Of a stretch of DNA of 64,000 bases, positions 11,806 to 23,800 are shown in pieces (positions within the stretch are counted from its first letter, which is position 1; every line of letters starts with the position of its first letter). Below the pieces are notes generated by a model, which saw only the letters and a list, made by a program, of their open reading frames with translations, made no database searches and was not told the DNA's origin. A program made the translations under genes and the position numbers. Source of the stretch: Phoronis australis (Eukaryota; Animalia; Phoronida); contig NMRA01000088.1 of the NCBI GenBank assembly GCA_002633005.1, forward strand, positions 368,186 to 432,185. Direction: 5' to 3'.

Positions 11806-14800
11806 CTTGAAAAGTAAAAGTACACAGTTTGAGCCGCAATAAACCATAATCTGGTGTTTAAAACATCAACTATCTTTGTGCAGTTGTTCTTAAAAAAACG
11901 TCACCGTGTTCTTATCCTTTGCTTGAACTGAAATTGTTGTGTGTAATTAATGTTGTGTGTAATTAAATTGTTGTGTGTAATTAAATTGTTGCGTGTAATT
12001 AAATTTTTGTGTGTAATTATTGTTGTGTGTAATTAAATTGTTGTGTGTAATTCCTGCCAGCCTTACTGCCTTGACGACTGAAACTAACCCAAGGTGAGCA
12101 ACTTTTCAGTGTTTCATTTTACTAGTAAGAATGAAGTTTTAATGGCAAAACATAGCAATCAAATCCAAGTAATCGCTTCTAAACTGCGTCAGGAACACGG
12201 TGAGACCAATTTTATTGCAGTAAGTGGCCATCAATGATTTCAAGTACAAACAAAGGAAATTGCAGGCGATGCCATGCCTGAAATGCATCATAAAAGCGCT
12301 TGTATCATGGTCGTGGCCCATTGCACAAAACATCTGAATTCAAACACAGAACAGCTGGGCAAATATAGCAAGGGCCTTTGCGAGGGCCAGTCACCTTCCA
12401 GCTACCGAAAAGGTACTCTGAGGACTTCACAATCAGGGAAACATCACCCTCAATACCATTCAGCTTATCCTCAGCAAGTGTACCTCAGCCAGGTTTAGTG
12501 CCAAACATCTGTGAACCCACTCGCAGAAGATAATTCTGGTAATCCTGAATTAGAACTCGTCAGAACCCTTTTATATTTAATACGCATCCGGCTCTTCCTG
12601 AGAGATGTTGGTGAGGTTCATAAAGATGAAAGCCACTTACACTATTGACGCTTGGCATTAGATCCCAGTTAGGACAGCAGACGTTCACTGGAGGAGCATG
12701 ATTTTGAATTGTGGGTTTGCTTACTGACTCCGAGCATAGGACTCATGAGGAACTCGAAATTAATTAGGTGGTGCTCGTAAAAAAACGGTCTCACAAGTAT
12801 AAATAAATGTACGCTTTCAGCCCTCAGCCTATGCAGACAATAAAAACTCTTTTCTACATGAGCACGACTTGGTGAATATCAAGTCATCCATTGCCCTAGT
12901 CTTACGTTAGTTTAAAAAGCTTGATTGTTATTTTTCAGCTGATTTCTCACTTGGCTGTCACCATAACTTCAACAAAGTCAACCTTTTTTGAAAACTCTGC
13001 ACATGCCAACTTTTTACTCACACCAAAGCAATTTTTGAAAAAAAAAACAGCTCCGTAACACTGATCCAGGCTCAGATCAACGTCATAATAAAATGCGCAC
13101 ACTCACACTGTGATGTCATTCCAGTAACAGGTTTTTGTAAAACAGCGTATCTTGAGTTACGTGACTATGCTTTGCATGTTGCCACTTTTGTATATACCCT
13201 CTGTTTCATTTAGTTGTGGACAAGTGTCTGTTTCATTGTTAAGAATGAAATTTGAATGTACGAAGGAACGCTGTTATAACAATGGTAAAAATGTAGCAAT
13301 CATACACTTAGTGCACCATTTTAGCACTACAATGTAGCACTACAGAAACAACTAAAAATGAATTGGCTGACTAGAGTCCTCATTCACCTGGTGGGAAAGG
13401 TGCTTGTGCCTTCTGAGGCAATTTTTTTGGGAGAGGGGAAGGGGGGAATTATCCCCTCCAGTCACCACCACCCCCCCAGTCGCTACTCGACGTCAGCTCT
13501 TCCACAAGTAGCCAAACCTAACAATATGCAGTTGTTTCAATCATTGCACAGGAATAACTTTTGTTGCAAATGGATTAGCCTACTAAGTAGTAGGGATGTC
13601 AAATAGCAAAGTCTGAAGTCCCACAAAGGACTTTCTTTGCTCAATACTATGCAATCACCCCTGCATTTCTAATCAACTAATCCATATTCTGTTCTCCACA
13701 CTGAGGATGTAAACACTGGAAAGGAATGCTTAGGAAGTGAATTTTCGCAGTTGATAAAACATTCTGAAGCTGAGGAACTGTGCGAGTTAAATGCGATTCC
13801 AACCTTCAGGGGAACATTTGGGCCTCATGAGGGGAATTTCGTGTGATTTTTAAATATTTTTCAGAGGAGAATGGGGCCGATATTCCGCTTCAAAATCAAC
13901 GCATCGAGGGCTCTGCTGACATGTACGCCCTGAGCTTGGTAAAACACGAAAGCATGAAACGGAGCCAAAGAGGGGTGAGTGTATTGAAGGGCCTCATCTA
14001 AAACAGTGGTGATGCTTCCTTAGCAAACAGATTTGAAAAAAAACGTGAAAGAAATTGCAATTTAAGTACAAGACAGAAGTATTCAGGCAAAATGACCCAG
14101 AATGCCCCCTCATGACGGCTGGGCAGAAATCAAACTCATCGTCAGAGTAGTCTCCCCTGATGACCAAGAATGAAGGAGAATTAACAGGAAAGTTAGTGAG
14201 GCGGCCATGACATTTTACAATTAGAATTCTGCTGCCTTTATAGTTATTACCAGTAAGGGCTGTTCCAGCAAAATCTGTGTGGGGGGAAGGCAACTGAAAT
14301 AAAAATTTATGGGTGGTTGCGTTTGATTTAAATTCAAAATGGCTGGTGGTTGTACTTCAAAAAAATAAAAAATTACAGGTCGTTGTTGTTTCATTGGGCC
14401 ATAAATGTTTGATGGTGGGTAATTTCAGTAAATTTTATAAACAATCCGCACAGAATCAAAAACTGAAACAAAAATGCAACTTGCAAAAAGCTCCGACTTT
14501 TTCACTTCCTCCGATCTCCTCATTGGCATGCCCATAACACCATTTAACCACAGGTGCTCGAATTTCTCGATGGCTAATCACCATATATATGAAACATATG
14601 TTTTCTTAGTAATGAATGACGTTAGTTATGATGGAGGAACAGATAAACTCAAGCGCCTGTGCAGTCAACTACAAGAACAAAAAAAATTACAGGTGGTTGC
14701 ATTTCAAACTTATAAAAAATTACGGGTGGTAGGCTGAAGAAATAAATAAAAAATATGGGTGGTGGGTGCGAAAAAAAGGTGCCTTCCCCCCCTCCCATAC

Positions 14801-17800
14801 AGATTTTACTGGAACAGCCTTAATTATTATGCGTCCACATATTTACAGGTGGGTGCATATTGTCTTCATCTCTGCCTGGGCGTCCGTCGTTCGCAGCTAT
14901 ATCTCCTAAACCCCTTGCAGGGTCTTATTGAAATTTGGCAGGTGTGTTCCTATGGATTTTCGTGAAATTGGGCATTATAGGTTTTTAATAAGGATGTGAT
15001 GATGCCATTCCATTTTTGGACGGATTCGTTGGATTTTACACCGCCTTGTAGTCATTTTTTATTTTATTGTGTCTGTTTTCTGGCATCCATCTCTCTATCT
15101 GCCATACCAATCAAAGGATCATTTTAAAAATTTACAGTTGTGTTCCTGATGTGAAGAACCCTGCTGACATTGATTTTTGGATGTCTTTTACTTTTCAAGG
15201 GGCAATTTTGCTTTTTTGTGTCTACGGCTGTATCTTCTTAATCCTTTGAAAAAATCTTACCTAAAAATTTGGCGGAAGGGCTCGTATAGACATGGCAACA
15301 GATGACGATAACTTTTGACCAATCAGACTATAGCTGTACCCACTAGTGTGGGCTCCTATTGACATGCCAACAGATGATGATAATTTCCGATCAATCAGAC
15401 TACTGCTATGCCCCCTAGTGTTAATTGCTTTTACATTTACCTCTAAATCTTAGGAGTTCCTTGGCTTATTTTCATGAAATTTGGTGAATAGTTGTGTATT
15501 ACAGAGATGGCACTTCCTTCTCAATTCGAAATTGTTTGAAACATTTTGCGCCACCTAATGGCCATTTTTGTGATTCTCAAAGCACCATAGAACAGGGCTT
15601 GGAATTTTCCACGGAAACGCGGATTTCCGCTTTTTTCAAATGTTCTGTCCACGTATTTTATTATATTTCTGTGTAAAAAAAAATCGAATTTGACATAAAA
15701 TTTCCGCGGCAAATTTCTTTCTTACCGCGGCGTTGCCGACGACTTTCACCTCGAAAAGCGAAAGTTGCTCTTTATGTTTCGGAGGAACGTAAATTGTCAT
15801 CACTGCCGGGGCAGCTGGCATAGCGTGGTTTTCTTCAATGGCATCTCGTGAGTTTGTAAATCGTGGTGACAAATACTACGACTTTGCATCCAAAAATGTG
15901 TGGAGGTGGGAGTGGACGGACGAGCTAAAAAGACGCAGACGCACGCTTCTGGAGTTGGTACCTTTTTTTTAGTCCTCCCGATGTTTTGTTGTCGAAAGGT
16001 CCACATCGACAAATTTTCAAAGCTTGGTGCGCACATATTTAGGGCCGTAAAAATTTCCGCTTTTTTGTCCTAGGTCATTCCAAGCCCCGATAGAAGCACA
16101 CTGTTTGCGAAGCTGTTGTGGGCACATTTCAGCACTCTGCATTGCTCTTGTTTTACTGTTTACAAAATTAGCTGTCATGAATGGGAAATGGCATTTTGTC
16201 TGATTACATTTGTTTTGTAATGTGCAAATTTTTACTTTTCAACACTTCAAAAATAATATTGCAAGCCAAGTTTAATATAATATAGTAAATAAATGCTGTT
16301 CAATTTAGTACAAAATGTCAAACATGTGGAGATTATTTTGACAAATTTCTCAAGAAAAATAAATGTTAAGATTATGATTTGCTTCAGAAATGCTCCAACG
16401 AAACAAAACTTGGTAAAATTTTAAGCATTTTAACAGTCCTTGAAAAATAGCTATTTTGGCAAAATTTTTGTCCAAAATTAGAGAGAGCATATTAAACGGT
16501 CAGGGCTAGACGCTACGCATAACGTCAACTCGCCAAATGGCACAATTCCCAGGTCTTCAAATGTGGTTGATTCTTGTCGAATTTATTATCTCATTCTGTA
16601 GTATTTTAAGTGCGTGCTCGGATGTGGCGTGATGACTTCAAGGCTATCTAACATTTTCACTAAATCTGGGGTCACATCAGAATTGAACCCTGGTATTGTT
16701 ATGCCACCAATTTCAACACTACCTCATCAGTAAGATGGACTCCATAATGTCTCTTCTCGATACACATGCTGTACAGCTGTGAGTTACACAACTGAGTCAG
16801 GTCAATGGGTTGGCTGGGGTCCACCCGGTGGGTGTCAATCATCCGCTGGAGCTGCAGGAGAGACAGAGGGGGGTACTGTCGGCGTAGGCTGGAACACGAA
16901 CGATGTCACGTTACTACCTGTCTGTCTAAAGAAAGACTGCAGCATAACTCACAGCATTTGGATACATTCAGACTGAGAGAAATTTTCTGAGTGAAAGATT
17001 ACTGCAAAAATTACGTTAAGTGGCATTACACCTGTACATTCAGTCATAAAAGTTTTGATTCAAGTCATTTACTGTATTACAAAAGTGGTCTCAAATTGTT
17101 CCTCATTAAGATTTGGAATGATTTCTAGGCTATGGAAGAACCAACAGTTAGTTTTTTCTTCAGATGGAGGTGACCGGAAAGCTTCGTCTGAAGAAATCAC
17201 AACTTGTCAGTTTTTGCCAGTGCCCAGAGATCATATCTAAACTGAATTAGACCAAGATCAGACCAATTTTATAACGGTAAGTGGCCCGAATCAAAATCAG
17301 TTTTTGACAAAAAGAATAGGTTTAACGCCATTTTAAATCAAGACTCTGTGCGCACATCTCGGGCTCACAACTAGTATGGCTATTTTGTTGGGACACGTAC
17401 GTACTTACATATGCCTTCTTACTGTCCACTTTTTCCACAATTGATGACACTTCACTCACACTTAAAAATTTTGATGTCAACATTACAAATAAATGTGAAA
17501 CCGTATGGTAAAATCTCTGACACTAATTACTGACAGAAATAATTGTCAAAATTGTTCTTATTTCATTTTTTTCAAAAGCTTCTAACATTATCTTGAGAAT
17601 CCACAATTTTTCAGAAACTTTGTCTCAAGTTAGATATAGACCTTCGAAATGGTAAAGAATTTATTCGGTGATAGTTAGCATGAAAACATAAAATTTCACT
17701 TGTCTAACATAATGTGTCATGAACTGGTGAAATTTTACAGTGACACTTCATAGACAAATCAGAAACTATATGGAAAATATTGAACAGCGTGGCAGCAGTG

Positions 17801-20800
17801 CGCAACTGTAAGTCGGATGGGACATGCCCGCATTTTGAGAACTAGTTTTCTCCACTGAACAACGGGCATAAAACTGGTTCTCAAAATGCAAGCATGTTAT
17901 GTCCAACTATCGCCATGCAAGTGCAACCAAAGTGTCATAAGTACACATAGTATTATGGATAAATACCACGGAAACAGAGATGGCACCATGGTATTTTTAC
18001 AGCATGGTATTCATAATGCGAGCAGTTACCAACTGAATTGGTCTGCCACTCATGTACAATTTAATGAATCACTTACTGGTGACCTGCATAGTACGGCTCT
18101 TTTGGTATAATAAGATAGAACGGACTCTGACCTCCCTCAAACCCCAGTCGAGGCAGCGTGTTCCTTTGGCCTTGACCTTTATCACCACGTCCACACTTGT
18201 TGCCTCCATGCTGCCCCCTGGGTTTGCGATTACGATTCTACAAGACCAAGACTCCAGCTGAGTGACTGAATCGAATCCCAACTATTTAGGCTATTTTGTG
18301 ATTACAATGAAAATTATACATTGACCGCCACATCAGCAACGTGAAACAAAATAAGAATGAAGTGATTTATGAAGCCAACAATAACATCTATGAGCTCCAT
18401 TGTTACTACAGTATATCAGAAGAAAACAAGAAATACTCCCTTGCTTTATATCATGATCCGATTTTTGTGATCCTTAAAGTAAGGGAGCATTTCTTGTTTT
18501 CTTCGGATATACTGTGGTAACGTTCTCGTATTTTTGTGAGGATCACAAAAAATCGAAACATTCGGCACACGCCAACAAGATGTACCAATTACTTAAACAG
18601 AGCTCAGATACAAAAAAAAATTTGCCACAATGTAATCTGATGGTGAACGACGATTGCTGTCAGTGACCGTTTACATGACTTACTGAGATAGATCTATTTA
18701 ATCAAAAAACTCTTTGTTCATGCAAGCAGTCATAAGAAATGTTCTAATTAGCGTGGTTGCATAAGCGCAGTTGAGATGACCACTTCCATCTCGATACCGC
18801 TTCGCATTTAAGGTTACATGTAGGATCCTAGAAGAATGTCCAAATTTGGCCAACTTCGGAGCATCACATGTGAAAAACGGAAGACCATAATCATACTGTA
18901 CCTTCAGATACTATGCTGTGCATTGTTCTCTAAAACACTACTAAGAATTGTTTTTAGAATGTTACATTTTTGTATGAGGGTATATCAAAAACAAGACTTT
19001 TATAATCTTCATAAAGAGTTCAAAAGTTGCATGAAACAAAAATTTAGAAAACTGCAACAGCACTTTTGAGATTTCATCTAGAATGATTATATTAAACAAA
19101 ATTTGGTCATGTTACAGACTCTGTTGTTTTGCTCGCAATGCACATTTCATGTTAGCTAAATTTTACTAACAGACATCCTATAACCCAATTACTGACAGCT
19201 AAAAATCAAACTCTACAAATTTTCCACTTTCAGTATGTACTTTTAGCGAGTTCAAATCTAAACTTTTATAGAAATTTGGCTAAGCACAGAAATGTCGAGA
19301 AGATCCTACATAACTGAAACAGTTAACTGACCATAGGCGCATCCAGGGGATCAAGGGGTCCGGACCCCCCTTTTCCCTAGATTTTAGTGATACCAAATAT
19401 AAAACTTTCTAACCGTTGACTTGGACCCCCGTTTTAAAAAAAAATCTTTGATCCCACCCTCTCTTTTAAAAAATGTTGGATCTGCTGCAGCTGACAAGAA
19501 TGAAGATAATTGGCCCAACATGCACCAACTAAAATGGGTGGCAAATTGAGACCTTGATTTTAATTCGCGCTGTGTATCATATCATTGATACAAATAATAT
19601 TATGCCATGTCAGAGGTGCCTTAAAGATGGCGCCTTACAATGTAATACATGGCATATACCACTAAGTAGGAACGACAGGTATATAATAGTTTAAATCAGA
19701 GGCCCGCTCCAAGAAAACTGACTTCGCTAAGACAAATCTTAAATTTCAGTCAATTTTAAGACAAAACTTAAATTTGCCTCAAATCTGTTTCAAGAAAGAG
19801 ATCTTAAGTTTGGCTTAAGCTTTTGACTTATGTCTTGTCAAAGTTTTGACTAACTTACCGGATGTGGAAGTTTCAAAGTTTGGAAGTTCAGACAAATCTT
19901 AGACATACCGTAGTAAAAAACGAAGCTAAGTCAGTTTCTTGGAACGAGTTCCACTCCAGTACTGCAATGTTCATATCACTCAAAAATACTTGAAACATGC
20001 TAATTAAAATTTTTCAAAAAATTATGTTTACTTGGTACATCCTGACAGTGACGCTTGGCTTTTTAGAACACGTCATTTTGATTTCTGCAAACAATCGTAC
20101 GAACATTAACCACAGCACTACTGACTGGATCAAACGCTTTCCACAACAAAATAAAACTCGACATGACTTGCAACATTACTGTACATGTTCAAAAGTCCAC
20201 GTCAATATTGTGGACGATTTGTACAGTTTAAAGACTTGGAGTCAGTGCTTTGGACCAGAGCCAAACTTTCAAAACGTCCCAACTTGTTTAAAAAACGACT
20301 AATTACCAGTGAGTTCAAACTTGAAGTTAAGGGCCAAATTTATCATTGCAAAATTGGAACTTGAGTCTAAGCCAAAGGAGAACATCGTTTTACGATACAA
20401 GTAATCGGCCTAGCTACACTTATTCTTCACTTTGCACAAAAATAATCGGCAAAATTGTCATTTTTCCAAGATTGATTAATAATTAGTTTACTACAAATAA
20501 TGAAAAATTTACCAAACCTTTCATGACATCTCCACAATACAAACCACGCTAGTTTCAATAACATTTTCCTGATCTTTATTTTTATGAAAACATTTGACAA
20601 AATAGAATTTCACTTGTCGGCCATCTTGTGTGCTAAATGATTACCGTAGGGTTGCCAAAACAGCGAGACTTTCAATGCCAAACTAACACATAGCAACTTT
20701 TAAAAAGAAACTTACATGACACCACTAACAAATTTGGACAGGGAGTAACTTCCATCAACTGAATAAACAAGACCATAATGCTAAAAAGATTCAATAACCT

Positions 20801-23800
20801 GACCTGTACATTGTGATTGGTTCACAACCCCAAGAAAGTCATATACACCACAATAGAACATTCTTCATGGACACAAATGGACAGTAATACAATATACCTT
20901 AAACTACAGCCCAAGGAGATATTAAGTAAAAAGATCTGTCCTAGAAAGATGACACTCAAAAGCAGGGCAATGGGTACACATGTTAAAGTAGACAGAAGGC
21001 TTTATTATGAAACCCAGTCAATAGAGACTCCACTTTTGGATGCGCAACAAAGACGTTTTTAGCAGGTACATCAATTAAAAATCCACTTGGGGGCGACACT
21101 GCTAATCTTTGAGCAAACAGGTGACAAAAAATTGTGGTTTGAAAGAGGAGTATCTGGGCTAAGCGAGGGAAATAGTGTCAAGACAGCTTAATGAATGAGG
21201 GCGGATACAAAATGAGGAATTCGTGGCAGCCACAAACGGCTATCACGGCTCAGACAGTCTTTGCCTGAAGGGACAAAGTTGCACCTACGTTCCTCTGTCC
21301 CAGTTGCTAATTCGATTATCACAACTGTCAATTTTCAGATAGGGTTCTCCGCAGACAGCCTGTAACCGAATGCTTCAGCAGTAGTGTAGACAAGAGATGG
21401 TTTGTTGTCAACATTTTAGGACATCCCGGTGGATTTGACAAGGAGGCTAGACGCAACTAATCTGTGATATAATCTGGTCCTCCAAGTTAACCTCAAATGA
21501 CAATCCAAGATCGGGCGCTGTCAAGAGCCTAGTGTCAACCCTCTGCTACTTGGGGCCACATTAGTGGCGACAAGCGAATCAAAAGATGGCGCGGTAATCG
21601 AAGAATGGCCACAAAAATGAGACGAGTTTTGAATAAACGTTTAACGTAGAAGCAGTGCAAAAAAACTAAGCCCGTCATTAAACATGGTGGTTTGATCTGG
21701 TTTGGAAGTTTAATAAAAGAAAGAGAACTGTAGTATCAAACTGACCTGACCACAAGGGAGTTAGAGCACCAGAACATGGAATACATTATCAGCTACCCAG
21801 TTGAATTACTAGATGCAAAAATATTAATCGTAGCTCAAGGAAGTTACTGTAATATAGCCGTCTACTGCACAATGACGACATAAATCCATCATAGGGCCAG
21901 GCGGCTCAGCAACATTGAGAAAACGATATTACAGCAAATTCCAGAACTTGTGACTACGTCACAGTAGAATATAGTTTGCTACTGGAACATAACACGCGTG
22001 CACCTAGCCTAAAAATGGGGGAGGGCTTGAATTTTTGAGAATGTGCATTCATGAGATACGTTCAGAGCTATGAATTGTGCATTCGCCGAATTTTGATAGT
22101 TCCTGCCTTGCTAGTGGACTTTTGTTTTCTACTTTTTTTCGCAGTTTTTGTTTCTCTGAGGCTGATCATTTTGCCCACTTCGCCATATGGGAGGGCTCGT
22201 TCAAGTCCCCCGAGCCGCCCCTGGGTGCGCGCATACATAAACATGGAATTAGATTACAATTTAGTTCATCAGGAAGCATGTTCTTCCAACAAACTAACTA
22301 TGGTTTAAATGCTCTGAAGCAAAAACTTCCATTTTTGATCATTGCCATAAAATCTAATCAAATTAGGACACCACATGGAAACAAGTAAAAGCTATTTTCT
22401 TCTTTTTTACCTTTGTAAAGTTGTGTTCTATAGGTACCATCAGAAAATATTTCGAAATACTGCAACATTGTAAACTCTTGTGAACAATGAAAAAAAAAAC
22501 AATTTTGGCGATTATTTTTGTTCAAAATATGTGACATTTTACCCTTCAACTATCTTTTTGAAGTGACCAGGGCTTTAAGATGTAATTTGAACACAAAACG
22601 GAATCCAAATCTATTGGAACAAGTATCTGCTACTGGACTGAAATGGTTACAAAACTTGACATCAGAAATGTGGTACTGTGTCAAACTTAAGGTGATACAT
22701 GCCAGTATGTTGAAATCGATAAATGGATAACACAAAAAAAATCGCTTTCATGGTCAGAAATGGTGACACATGCTGACGGCCGTAATACTGACACCCGAGA
22801 AGGAAACCTGATCAAAGTAGGGCAAAGCTGGGGGCAATGAACAAGAAGATTAAATAAGAAAGTATCAAAATTTCATGCGATCATATAATGGAGCAATGCT
22901 TACATGACGGTTAGAAATGAAAACAGCCGGAAGGTACCAACTCCCAAGGGGGTTAGGTTGATCAAAGACTAGGTCGACATGCAGCTGTCTAATCGCGTTA
23001 TCTACAACTAGGCCCTGGTTCCTGCATTAGGTCAGTGGTGTTTAATGCCGCGATGTATGCCCAAGAGCGATGAGATTGCAATGGGTAAACAAAATGTTCG
23101 GTCCCGGTAAATTGATTTTTGTGTGGCCAGATTATGTATGTAGGTCAAGAGATGTTATTATTACGCCACAAAGGGAGGCCGACACGTATTTTTTCACCGG
23201 CTTTCAGCAAAAAATAGCAGGCTGGAAATCAGTGGTTATCGAATGTGGGTCAACTCGGTTTACCGCATAGTTGAACACGCCAGTCACTAATCAAATTGAC
23301 CAATGAGCACGGAAAGCACTTAAAAGCAGATAGGATAGTAAACTAAGCCCCTAAGGGACGTGATCCTTTTTGCTAAATAGAAATAATGAGATTTGGAAAA
23401 GAATTATCAATGTTTGATAGAGCATGAGTTCGATAACAACATAAACAAATGGTAGAGCAGGTAAAACTCAACATTAAAGACGGATGTAAAATTAGTCTCA
23501 CTTCAGTCCAAATAAACAAATTTTTCATTCCATAAAGGATTGTGTATTTACATGTAAATTTTCTTTAGAAGTTCACACCTTTTTTTAGTATTTTGCAACG
23601 AAGCGACGGGACAGGGCTCTCACCTCTACTTTACCCCTCCAACAAACTTGTTTGGTTGCCATAGAAATGTAGCGAGTTGAAGATGATTGTTGATTATTTA
23701 ATTTAACATATTCTTTTAACTTTTTATTTAGGCAACTTACTGCTATAACGTTGGTCTCAACTAGTTCCCTATGGAGATTAGAGGTGAACGCGATAATTTG

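Noticed and set aside
11806-11847. N-terminal [14 protein letters not shown] of ORF 11344..11847
   Set aside because: Intronic read-through upstream of the true acceptor; homology starts at GADIF.
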